A stretch of DNA of 64,000 nucleotides from positions 119,102,001-119,166,000 of the forward strand of contig OX597817.1 of NCBI GenBank assembly GCA_951406725.2, written 5' to 3'. Made by a program: the position numbers and the translations under genes. This document shows positions 12,050 through 24,235 of this stretch, one piece after another (positions within the stretch are counted from its first letter, which is position 1; the number at the start of each line of letters is the position of its first letter). Origin of the DNA: Octopus vulgaris. Its lineage: Eukaryota. The notes under the pieces are model-generated. The model searched no databases and had not been told where the DNA came from. It saw only the letters and a program-made list of their open reading frames with translations.

Positions 12050-13205
12050 ATCCACTGAAAAAAACAAATAATTGTAAATTCAAAGTTTCTATTCCTTGAT
12101 GAATTGTTTTTAAAAAATAATCAGGATGCTGCTTGATCCCAAAGACAGCAGCTTCTACTGGTGTTTTCTCAGAAATTGAGTGTTTCATCAAATTAATTGA
12201 GTAGTGTTTAAAATGATTAAAAGATTTTGTTGAAATAGTATTGTTTTTGATGCTAAACAATATGAATGTTTTTCATTGTCAGCTGAATGTCTTGGAGTAA
12301 TTAAGAAACTGAAAGACAGTGTTGCAAAGGCTTTGTAATCTGTTCTAGTATGTGGTCCACTACTTCCACAGAAACCAATTTGACTGTGTTTCAATACAAA
12401 ATAGGCAACCAATTTACTTCTATTCAATTAGATAAAATATTGAAAATAATGAATCATTGCAGAGTTAATGGAACAATACCAAAATATGTTGAAAAGATGT
12501 GGCATCACCATACACAAAAAAATACAACAGTTTTCCTATTTGCTAGTTGATCTAAAACTGCTATTGTAAATGCTAAACTACAGAATTGGAGACAACAGCT
12601 CTCAGAGTTCTTATTGGAAATGTGATACTCCTTAGAAGAGAGTATTTGACTGCAAATAACTTAAGTAGAAATTCTACAACTGCTGAACATTATGAATTAA
12701 TATGAAATAGTGAACAGATAAATATAAAATATGAAAAATTGCTTATATGAAAGCATTTAATTGTAATAACTGATTATGAAAAAGCATTATGGATAAAATT
12801 ATATTGCGTTACATACCCAAAGTTAAAACCTCACTTCATCAAAAGTATATTTGGCTTACTTATGCAGGCTTACTTATGCAATGAAACTTCAACATTGTAG
12901 AACAACAGATTATTAAAATGAACAACTCTGGTATTCTGACAGTACTCACTAACTTTACCTAAAACCTTTGTGCTTTTTACCTTAAGAAAAACAACTTCTA
13001 AAGCTATTATTCAAAGCTTTTTACCTCATTATCTAGTGCTCAAAACTTTGGATACACTGACCAGGGAATTCAGTGTGAAAGCACCGAATTTGGGAAAATT
13101 TATGCAAATCTAATATTCTCAAGACTGAAAGAACACTTTACTATCCATCTTCAAATGGAAAAAATGAACGTTATAATAGACTGATATGAAAATCATTCTG
13201 TTTTA
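12050..13205 (+). mobile_element. Heavily decayed Ty3/Gypsy pol (RNase H end and integrase core)
   Basis: AIVNAKLQNWRQQLSEF..TANNLSR (RNase H C-terminus), KLKPHF, YTDQGIQCESTEF (13053) and TLYYPSSNGKNERYNRLI (integrase DDE core). Many stops and frameshifts; left boundary uncertain. Confidence 0.65.
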
Positions 13206-13278
13206 TCTAATGCAAACAAATAAGTTAGTAAAACAGTGAGACAAAGAACTCCAGCTTGCTTTGGTGGATAAGAATAAT

Positions 13279-13494
13279 TCTCTCTATCAAAGGCACAAGA
13301 CCTGACATTTTGAAGGAAAATCTTACTTGATTACATTGACCCTAGTGCCCAGCTGGTACTTAGTTTTAACATATTTTTAACAATCATGAAAGGTAAAGTT
13401 GATCTTAGCGGGATTTGAACTCAGAACATAAAGAGCCAGAAAAGATGTTTCTAGGCATTTCATTTGATGTGTTAACAATTCAACTATCTTGCCA

Positions 13495-13497
<3 letters not shown>
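13279..13497 (-). mobile_element. Meta-domain SINE
   Basis: catgaaaggtaaagttgatc..gatttgaactcagaa. Confidence 0.7.
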
Positions 13498-13544
<47 letters not shown>

Positions 13545-13547
<3 letters not shown>

Positions 13548-13756
13548 TCTACTCGGAGCACAAGACCTCATATTTGTGGGGATGGGACCAGTTGATGACA
13601 CCAGCCCCAGTGTTTGGCTGGTACATAATTTATCGACCCCGAAAGGATGAAAGGCAAAGTCAACCATGGCGAAATTTGAACTCAGAATGTAAAGATAGAT
13701 GAAAAACTGCTAAGCATTTCACCCGGCGTGCTAACAATTCTGCCAGCTCGCAGCCT
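13545..13756 (-). mobile_element. Meta-domain SINE
   Basis: tttatcgaccccgaaaggatgaaaggcaaagtcaacc, an intact core. Confidence 0.85.
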
Positions 13757-14796
13757 AATAATAATAATAATAATCTATATTATAATGATTGAAGAAGTGT
13801 GGGACTGTGTCCAAATTATTTGTTTTTTCCCATGCTATTAGAAAAGTCATATTACTTTGAAGAAATTATAAATGAATATTAAAAAAATTTCTAAACTATA
13901 AAGTTTATTTGTATATTAAACATAAATTATAATGTTTAATATTACAAGATTTGTTTCTCTTTTAAATGTCAAATTCTATCTGAATTCCATATATAAGGAA
14001 ATAACTTTTCTTTGCATTCATAAAAAATGTAATAAAGCAAACAAAAAAAACAAATATGAAATAAGCGAGTAAATTATTTTTAAAAGTATTACGTAGTGCA
14101 AAAACAATAATCTCTATCTAATAGAATTAAGTTTTCAAATTGTGTTAGACTGCTGTCAATCTGGGGTACCACCTTGAAATTATTTAGTCAATAATATCAT
14201 CTCCCAACACAATTCTTTGCACATGGTCAGATATATGTTGCATTATCAAGAGCGTCAAGAAAATGTAAAAATATAAACCGAAATAAATGAAGAGGGTCCA
14301 TTTGCTGACAGATGTGTCTGCAAAAATATTCTAGTGATGTGAAACATTCATTACTCTCTTTTAATTGAAATGTATTTAAGTTTCTTTTTAACTGCTAGGA
14401 AAGGGACACTAGAAACTTGTAAGACGTCTATAAGTGAATATAATGAAACAACAATATAGCAAAACTCGACTCCTCATATTGGTAAATATAATTAATTCCC
14501 ACCAGAGCATTTATTTTCAAATTCACTCAAGTGAAGATTCATGAACATTTTCCCTTGACAGTCTCATCTCTTTTCCAATTTTCATTATCATCTTCTTTAA
14601 ATGCATCATAGATTATTTTACTGATAACAGAATAAACTATAATAGAGTCTGTGTTCAATTCATGAGCATATTATCAATTCACTTTACAATTTATGTACCA
14701 TGTCTATATGTATATATAATATCAATGTGCAACACATATGCCAGCAGAAAACCACCCAGAGGGCTGGTTTTTTTTCTGCTAGTATTAATAATAATA

Positions 14797-15488
14797 AAGT
14801 GCAGAATAGACAACACTACCGATAGTGACAAATGCATAATGTGTGGTGAGAGGGGTGAAATGGTATGGTACATCATTAGCAATTGCCCGAAATTGGCACA
14901 ATACAAATATAAAAGATGTCACGACAATGTGGCAAGAATGATCTATTGGAAGCTCTGTGGAAATCATGGCCTATAAAGAGCAAAGTCAAGGTATGAGAAA
15001 ACCCCGAAAGGAGTCCCCGAGAATGAGAATTACATAATCCAGTGGGATACAATAATCCAGTGCGATCACCTGACCAGACATTGGAAACCAGACATTGTTG
15101 TGGTAAATAAAAAGAAAGCACATGTCCGATAATTGGCATAGCATGCTCTAATGACAACAGGATTAATGTGAAAGAAGAGAAAATAGATAACTATGATGAT
15201 TTGAAGTGGGAAAAACAAAGGTTGTGGTCAATAAGGAGAGTAGACATGATACCAATAGTAATTGGTGCACTTGGAAGTATCAGCACTCAGCTACTAACAT
15301 GGTTAAAGAAGATTAGTGCAAGTGTGAAGGTAGAACACCTACAAAAATCAGCATTGTTTGGAACTGCAAGAATTTTTTGTAGGGTTTTTGAAGCACGACC
15401 AGTAAATAAGTGTCCCCTTAGTCTGCTGGCTGTTGACAGCTGATACTTTCCATCATACCCAGCAAAATAAGCTGTGAGTTTTCATCAC
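14797..15488 (+). mobile_element. R4/Dong 3' fragment, family 4
   Basis: CIMCGERGEMVWYIISNCPKLAQYKYKRCHDNVARMIYWKLC..WKPDIVV..EKIDNYDDLKWE..IPIVIGALG..LQKSALFGTARIFCRVFE; starts and ends in AAT repeats. Confidence 0.9.
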
Positions 15489-15524
<36 letters not shown>

Positions 15525-15543
15525 TAATAATAATAATATTAAT

Positions 15544-15755
15544 CCTTTCAACTCTAGGCACAAGGCCTGAAATTTTGGGGAGGGGGCACGTCAATTACAT
15601 TGACTCTGGTGCATAAATGTTACTTATTTTATTGACCCTGAATGGATGAAAGGTAAAGTTGACCTCAATGGAATTTGAACTCAGAACATAAGGACGGATG
15701 AAATGTCACAAAGCATCTTGCACGGCACACTAATGATTCTGCCAGCTCACCACCT
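15544..15755 (-). mobile_element. Meta-domain SINE
   Basis: ggatgaaaggtaaagttgacctcaatggaatttgaactcagaa. Confidence 0.8.
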
Positions 15756-16390
15756 AAATAATAATAATAATTAATAGATTATTGCTATCTAGATCTTTAA
15801 GTAGGCAGTCACCTCACAGCATAATGTTTAACTTTTATCACTGCTCAACGCTATAAAGACCAGTTGACTTTTGTCTTTAATTTCCAGACATTAGCAAAAA
15901 TCAATTTCAGACTGGTTTCTGTACAAAGCTAGTAAGCCATAAAAACCATGATCAACTATCAAAAACAGAAACAATATATATATATATATGTAATTCATTT
16001 CTTGATAAAAAGAGAAAGTTATAAGAAGTACTCTCACATCATCATGTCCCAATTCATTTTGCAATAGGGAGGAACTGATATAGTCACAACAATCCAATTG
16101 TCTTGAACTCCTGAATATAAGAATCAATATAATTCTAATGAAAACTACAAACCTATGGCCATGCCATTCTCTCTCATTGGAAAATATAACTACATACAGC
16201 AAAGAGGTTAATATAATTTTGGAGCAGTAGATGACAATAATGACAGATCAAATCATAGCTTTAATACAATTAGAATACTAACAATTTGAAAAAAAAAATA
16301 AACAAGAATGCCTGGGTATTTAAGTAGTTATGATACATAATGATAGATAATGACTATATTTTGTTAACTGTCATATTACTGATTTTTTTT

Positions 16391-16795
16391 TCTTTTATTT
16401 TGTTTCAGTCATTTGACTGCGGCCATGTGGAGCACCGCCTTTAGTCGAGCAAATCAACCCCGGGATTTATTCTTTGTAAGCCCAGTACTTATTCTATTGG
16501 TCTCTTTTGCCGAACCGCTAAGTGACGGGGACGTAAACACACCAGCATCGGTTGTCAAGCAATGCTAGGGGGAGAAACACAGACACACAAACATATACAC
16601 ACACACTTATATATATATATACATATATACGACAGGCTTCTTTCAGTTTCTGTCTACCAAATCCACTAACAAGGCATTGGTCGGCCTGGGGCTATAGCAG
16701 AAGACACTTGCCCAAGATGCCATGCAGTGGGACTGAACCCGGAACCATGTGGTTGGTTAGCAAGCTTCTTACCACACAGCCACTCTTGCGCCTAT
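16391..16795 (-). mobile_element. OK-like bipartite SINE (tRNA/CORE-like head, internal microsatellite, 3' module)
   Basis: Reverse complement of aggcgca.gagtggctgtgtggtaag..gggttcagtccc..cttgggcaagtgtctt..aaatgactgaaacaa; bracketed by a tattactgattttttttt duplication (16374, 16814). Confidence 0.85.
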
Positions 16796-16830
16796 CACAG
16801 CTATTCCTGCGCCTATTACTGATTTTTTTT

Positions 16831-17229
16831 TCTTTTATTTGTTTTAATCATTTGACTGCAGCCATGTTGGAGCACCGCCTTTAATTTGAATCACATCGAC
16901 CCCAGGACTTATTCTTTGGAAGCCTAGTACTTATTCTATTGGTCTCTTTTGCCGAACCGCTAAGTGACAGGGACCTAAACATACCAGCATCGGTTGTCAA
17001 GCGATAATGGGGGGACAAACACAGATACACAAACATACACACACACACATATATATATATATACGACGGGCTTCTTTCAGTTTCCATCTACCAAATCCAC
17101 TCACACAGCTTTGGTCGGCCCGAGGCTATAGTAGAAGACACTTGCCCATGGTGCCACGCAGTGGGTCTGAACCCAGAACCATGTGATTGGTAAGCAAGCT
17201 ACTTACCACAGAGCCACTCCTGCATCTAT
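16831..17229 (-). mobile_element. OK-like bipartite SINE
   Basis: Same family, in tandem with the previous copy. Confidence 0.85.
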
Positions 17230-17327
17230 GATTATTAACCTTTTTTCATTCAACTTTTTCACGTTATTCTAAATGTGTATTACATCTTTAGTACTTCAGA
17301 GATTGTAACAATATAATCTATAATTGT

Positions 17328-17515
17328 AAGGTGGCAAGCTGGCAGAACCATTAGCACACTGGGCAAAATGCTTAGTGGTATTTTGTATGTCTTTACGTTC
17401 TGAGTTCAAATTCCGCCGAGGTCAATTTTGCCATTCATCATTTTGGGGTTGAGAAATTAAGTACCAGTTGCATACTGGGGTTGATCTAATTGACTGGTAC
17501 CCTCCCACCAAAATT
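17328..17515 (+). mobile_element. Meta-domain SINE
   Basis: aaggtggcaagctggcagaa..gagttcaaattcc..ttgccattcatc..aagtaccag. Confidence 0.8.
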
Positions 17516-17732
17516 AGATTTTCCTTGGGGCTGGCCTGATTGGAACAATCTCAAGTATAACCAACCAAAACTGCAAAGATAATCTGGAACTCGACTGAGG
17601 AAAGAAAACTCTGAATGACCTATCTTTGTTTTCTTTGTATCGTCTATCATGATGTTTTGTTGTCCAGTTTTTGTATCACCTGTTTGGATGTTTTGCATTG
17701 TTGCCCCATTTTGTATTTTATATATATATATA

Positions 17733-18151
17733 TAGGCGCAGGAGTGGCTGTGTGGTAAGTAGCTTGCTTACTAACCACATGGTTCCGGGTTCAGTCCCAG
17801 TGCGTGGCACCTTGAACAAGTGTCTTCTACTATAGCCTCGGGCCGACCAAAGCCTTGTGAGTGGATTTGTAGACGGAAACTGAAAGAAGCCCGTCGTATA
17901 TATGTATATATATGTGTGTGTGTGTGTGTGTGTGCTTGTGTGTCGGTATTTGTCCCCCAAAATCACTTGACAACCAGTACTGGTGTGTTTACGTCCCCGT
18001 AACTTAGCGGTTTGGCAAAAAGAGACCGATAGAATAAGTACTAGGCTTACAACGAATAAATCCTGGGTCGATTTGCTCGACTAAAGGTGGTGCTCCAGAA
18101 TGGCCGCAGTCAAATGACTGAAACAAGTAAAAGAGTAAAAAGAGTAAAAGA
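17733..18151 (+). mobile_element. OK-like bipartite SINE
   Basis: Full-length copy ending in (AAAAGAGT)n, inside (TA)n. Confidence 0.88.
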
Positions 18152-18191
<40 letters not shown>

Positions 18192-18579
18192 TCATATCTA
18201 TACATATATATATATCGAAATGAATTACAATCCCTTGCAACACTGTGACCCCACTAGGCTTCATGCGATTCCTAGCTACAATAGCGACAACATTGATTGC
18301 TCTGCCGAAATATTTGAGAAAAATTATATTAATGTGTCCTACTAGTTAAATTTCTATTCATTTATTTGTGCAGGTGAAAGATGACACTGCATTTAAATTG
18401 ATGTAATGATCACATTGTTCAATTAAATGGTGCGACTTGAAACAGTTGTACTGCATCACTACTTGATATCCTGTGCATATTTTGATTTTATTCACCTTAC
18501 TTTGAGCTGCGATGATAATACCGGAATGACTTGGTGCTTCAACTTAAGTACCTAATTCAACTGAATCTCCATTATTTCT

Positions 18580-18636
18580 ATATATCTATATCTACCTAGC
18601 TATATATATCTATATATCTATCTATCTATCTATCTA

Positions 18637-18671
<35 letters not shown>

Positions 18672-18696
18672 GCACTTACATATATATATATATACC

Positions 18697-18759
<63 letters not shown>

Positions 18760-18791
18760 GTATATATATATGTATATATATATATGTATAT

Positions 18792-18825
<34 letters not shown>

Positions 18826-18917
18826 ATCATATATATATATATATACATACATGCATACATAAATATATATAAAAATACATGCATATATATATATATACAT
18901 ATACATAAATATATACA

Positions 18918-18959
<42 letters not shown>

Positions 18960-19085
18960 TACATATATACACATCCATAAATATGCATGCATATATATAT
19001 ATGCATACATACACATCCATAAATATACATGCATATATATATATGATGATGATGATGATATATATATATAACAATTATATATAAC
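18580..19085. repeat. (TA)n-rich compound microsatellite
   Basis: Visible directly. Confidence 0.95.
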
Positions 19086-19469
19086 AACAGCACTATGAAG
19101 CATCAGCTTTGCAAAAAGTAGGAGTCAAAAATTACTCCAAAGTCACAAAAATTATATTTTCACAGGCATGATTAGCAAAAAGGTAAGTGAATAAGGATTG
19201 CATATTACCTCTGCAAAATTGCAAGAAGGAATGCCAGTTAATCTGGTATCATGATTTCAAATTTAGTGCCAAAAGCACTAGATTCTCTTCAGCCAAGTCT
19301 ACTCATAACAAACGTATATATCCCTTCAACCAATGCCTGTATTCATTTCAGTGCCCAAGCCGCATTGAGGAAATGAACTAAGTGAATAAATTTATAAATA
19401 TATAAAGAACATTAATACTCATGAGAGATGATAATGCTAGTGGTGGCAAGCTTAACATCGTGTTTACAA

Positions 19470-19970
19470 GGGGCAAGTGAGATCAAAATCGAACAAAATT
19501 CAATGACTGCCATCCGTGCCAGTGAGCGCTAACAGCTCCATCCAAGCAGGATCACTGCCAGAGCAGCTGTCTGGCTTCTGTGCCGGTGGGCACATAAAAA
19601 GCACCATCTGAGCATGATCATTATCAGTGTCGCCTTACTGGCACTTGTGTTGCTGGCACGTGAACAAAACGTTCGAGCGAGGTCATTGCCAGTGTCGCTG
19701 GACTGACTCCTGTGTAGGTGGCACGTAAAAAACACCATTTTGAGCATGGCCGTTGCCAGTACTGCCAGACTGGTCCTCGTGCCGGTGGCACGTAAAAGCA
19801 CCCACTACACTCTTGGAGTGGTTGGCATTAGGAAGGGCATCCAGCTGTAGAAACTCTGTCAGATCAGAGTGGAGCCTGGTGCAGCCATCTGGTTCGCAAA
19901 TCCTCAGTCAAATCATCCAACCCATGCTAGCATGGAAAGCGGACGTAAAAGGATGATGATGATGATGATG
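19470..19970 (+). mobile_element. RTE-related non-autonomous element/SINE with internal ~65-bp tandem units and a (GAT)n tail
   Basis: About four units of gtgccggtggcacgtaaaaagcacc, then ggttggcattaggaagggcatccagctgtagaaac (RTE/Ceph-type motif) and catggaaagcggacg..(gat)n. Confidence 0.7.
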
Positions 19971-20326
19971 AAAGGCACTATGGAGCACCAGCTTTGCTAA
20001 CAGTAGGAGTCAAAAATACTCTGAAGCATCAAAAATTAACACTGGATTTTTATAGGCATGGTTGGAAGTTTTGCAAAGGTAATATGCAATCTTTATTCAC
20101 TTAGTTATTTTCTAACCATACCTCTGAAAATCACATGCGTATTTGTGCATGTGCACAGATGTCTTTATACTATAGGCTTCTACAGTGTTACTGCCTATCA
20201 AATTCCACACGAGGTATTACTCAACCTGAGTCTATAGAAAATGATACTCACCCAAAGTACCATACAGTGGGATCAAGCTGGGTACTTTGTGGTTTTAAAG
20301 TGGAATTCTCACACCTAATATATATG

Positions 20327-20693
20327 TTTTACTTGTTTCAGTCATTTGACTGCGGGCATGCTGGAGCAACGCCTTTAGTCGAGCAAATTGACCCCAGGAC
20401 TAATTCTTTGTAAGCCTAGTACTTATTCTATTGGTCTCTTTTGCTGAACCGCTAAGTTACAAGGATATAAACACACCAGCATCGGTTGTCAAGCGATGTT
20501 GGGGACACACAGACACACACATATATATACATATATACGATAGGCTTCTTTCAGTTTCCGTCTACCAAATCCACTCATAAAGCTTTGGTCAGCTCGAGGC
20601 TATAGTAGAAGACACTTGCCCATGGTGCCACGCAGTGGGACTGAACCCGGAACCATGTGATTGGTAAGCAAGCTACCTACCACACAGCCACTC
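20327..20693 (-). mobile_element. OK-like bipartite SINE
   Basis: Family match. Confidence 0.85.
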
Positions 20694-21325
20694 ATATATG
20701 TATGTTTATATGTGTGTATGTGGGAAACATGCTCGTACATGTATACACATGCAAACTTATATTCCTCTCTTGCATAGAGACAAGTATTTGTTTTTCAGTT
20801 ATTTTTGTTATTTTTCTCAAAGGCATATTTCTTGCTTAGGATTGATAATTAAGAGAGAGTAAAATTGAACTTTGATACATGGAAAGTCATTAGCTACCTC
20901 TGGCATTGCACCAGTATATCAAGGAATGACAATGACTGCTATTAATGTTTTTCCCTCCAAGCTAACTTCATGCTTCTACACAACAAATGGATATCTATAC
21001 TCTGAACAATCAAAATGCTATATTACATTAAGACAAACAATAAAAAACTAAAATTAAATTTTACAAGAACATACAAACTGGATATTGTAGATCCTATTTA
21101 GTAAACTTAACCAAGCCTTGACCCATTTATTAGAGAAATCAGAAATATCCATTCAAAATTTCATTACCCTTATCTGCAGCAAGCAGTTTTATATGCCAAT
21201 CTATCTTTGTTGGAAGATGTCAAGTTTACTGAGGCAACACAACTTGCAGAAAATACTAATTACATTTTTCACACACATATATATTCATATGTGAGTGTAT
21301 GTAAATATATATATATATATATATA

Positions 21326-21488
21326 TAGGTGCAGGAGTGGCTGTGTGGTAAGTAGCTTCCTTACCAACCACATGGCTTCGGGTTCAGTCCCACTGCGTGG
21401 CACCTTGAGCAAGTGTCTTCTACTATAGCCTCTGGCTGACCAAAGCCTCGCGAGTGGATTTGGTAGACAGAAACTGAAAGAAGCCCGT

Positions 21489-21525
<37 letters not shown>

Positions 21526-21740
21526 GTGTGTGTTTGTGTGCCTGTGTTTGTCCCCCAACATCACTTGACAACCAATGCTGGTGTGTTTATGTCCCCGTAA
21601 ATTAGCAGTTCGGCAAAAAAGACCGATAAAATAAGTACTAGGCTTACAAAGAATAAGTCCTGGGGTCGATTTGCTCGACTAAAGGTGGTGCTCCAACATG
21701 GCCGCAGTCAAATGACTGAAACAAGTAAAAGACTAAAAGA
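21326..21740 (+). mobile_element. OK-like bipartite SINE
   Basis: Family match. Confidence 0.85.
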
Positions 21741-21815
21741 TATAAATATATATATATATATACACATACATACTCATATGTATACACACACACGCACACA
21801 CACATACACACACTA

Positions 21816-21897
21816 GGTTCTGAACAAGAGGAATGAACTTGAAACCATGTGGTTGTGGAGTGAGCTTCTTGAACACACATTAATGCCTGTTAACATA

Positions 21898-21943
<46 letters not shown>

Positions 21944-22701
21944 ATTATTATTATTATCACTACTACTACTATTTTCGCTTGGATTTAATTTTATCTGCAA
22001 AATTTTAATCCTTGTTTTCAAATTCCAATGAACTTTATTGAAAATTCTCTGCTAAAATTAATGCTGTGTATCAAAAGTTGAAGAAAATTCAATTATTGGC
22101 CTGAAACGTTCAGAAGATATTTATCTCTGGAATAACCATGAAATTTAATTTCACATTTAAAGGGTTAATCCAACTTAGCTGTCTATAATGAAATATATCT
22201 AAATGGCATTAAAATAAATAAAAAGTAGATAAATTATATTGAATTTAATATCTAACCTCAGAAATATTTTCATATATGAAAATTTGGCACTGTAAGAAAA
22301 TCAGTAAATATATTGAATGGAGTGAAATGTTGTAAAGATGGTAAGAGTACAAGATGTGGTTTATAAATCAATTCAGTATTTAGCAATCTAGTAATATATT
22401 ATCTTTGAATATTTAAATGTGGCCAACATTTTGTGTGGTATGTATGTGTTCGTTATTTTAAATTAATCAATTCACTTATTTGCTCATAAACAGGAAAAGT
22501 GATGACTATGCTGATGATAGTGATGTTGGTCTTTTTTTTTGTTTATTTTTTTTTCAATAAAATTTTAGAAATATGGATTAGGCCAAATGATAAGTTGAAG
22601 TGTTTAGGACTTTCTCCAATCACTGACACAGAAAACCTGGCAATGAAAAAAAAACAACAACAATAAAAATAGGGAACTGAATCTTCTGCCAAAACTGAAA
22701 C

Positions 22702-22746
<45 letters not shown>

Positions 22747-24063
22747 ATGGTGGTGACAGCAGCAGCAGTGGTGGTGATGGTGGTGGTAATGATAGTAGTT
22801 GTAGTAATGAGTGAAAAACTATGAAAAACAGCAGTAAAAATAAGAATAATAAACAACTAGGCAAATAAACAAATTTTAAATAAAAAGACAGCAAAGAAAC
22901 AAACAAAACAAGTGATAAAACAGTGTAGGATGGGATGATAGGTTAAAATCAGCTCCCGTTTTAAAATATTAGAAAATTATATAATTGCAGCATTTTTTGG
23001 ATTATTTCAAGTTTTTCTGATAAGCCCTGGATTATTCAAGAGGATCAACAAATGAAATCTAACTATGGCTTACTTAATCTTTCCTCGCCACTCAGGGTAG
23101 GTGTGGAGGCCTTCACCATTGCAGCATGTCAATACATCCATCAGTTTGTCTATATTTGCTCAGGTCATCTCAGGCAACCCAACCTTGTGAACTGTGTCCC
23201 ACTCAGTTCCCATTTCTTTGAGATATTTCCTCTTCCAATATGTTGTAAGCAAGTGTCACTGTCATGCAAGAGTGGCATTCTTCATTTCTAGTCTTCCATG
23301 GAAAGTGAATGACCATGGGGTAAGATTACATTAGGAAGGGCATCTCAATGCAGAAGATCCACCTCAACAGATTCTGTCTAACTTATGCAATCTGTTTCTT
23401 TATTACCCACAAGGGGCTAAACATAGAGGGGACAAACAAGGACAGACAAATGGATAAAGCAGATTACATCGATCCCAGTGCATAACTGGTACTTAATTTA
23501 TCGACCCCAAAAGGATGAAAGGCAAAGTCGACCTCGGTGGAATTTGAACTCAGAACATAACAGCAGACGAAATACGGCTACGCATTTCGCCCGGCGTGCT
23601 AACGGTTCTGCCAGCTCACCACCTATGCAATCACAGACAAGTGGACATTAAATGATAATAATATGAATGATGTCATTCCATACACATACCATTTGCTAAT
23701 ACCACTAACAAAGGATTAGTCAGTTCACAGTTATAATAAATGACACTTGCTCCAGGGTGTCATGCAGTGGCCAGTGTGCTTGAGAATGCTGCATGCTTAC
23801 AATTTAATAGCATGAATGATGCATAAAAACAACAGTTTAATTCATTTCCAGCAGTTAAATCACAAACATTGTTCTAACTGAATTTCTGCCCTGTCCATTT
23901 AGCTACAAAATACATACATAGGTTTTCAGTGATATCCTCTCAAATATACACCAATTCTCTCCTTCTCTCACACACACACACGGTTCTGAACAGTAGGAAT
24001 GAACCTGAAACCATGACGTTGTGAAGTGAGCTTCTTAAACACACATTAATGCCTGTGAACATA

Positions 24064-24099
<36 letters not shown>

Positions 24100-24235
24100 T
24101 ATTATCTTTTGGATTTTATTTCATCTGCAAAATTTTAATCCTTGTTTTCAAATTCCAAAGAACTCTATTGAAATTCTCTGCTAAAATTAATGCTATGTAT
24201 TAAAAGTTGAAGAAAATTCAATTATTGGCCTGAAA
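21816..24235 (+). repeat. Local duplication: 21816-22106 and 23982-24235
   Basis: ggttctgaaca..(tat)n..atctgcaaaattttaatccttgttttcaaattcca..attattggcctgaaa present twice at high identity. Confidence 0.9.
23393..23623 (-). mobile_element. Young Meta-domain SINE with a 9-bp TSD, inserted in an RTE-tail element
   Basis: TSD tatgcaatc at 23384-23392 and 23624-23632; the host element reads attaggaagggcatc.. before it and ..agtggacattaaatgat after it. Confidence 0.9.

Noticed and set aside
19575-19805. CRISPR-like repeat-spacer array
   Set aside because: The intervening sequences are homologous to each other, the context is eukaryotic, and there are no cas genes.
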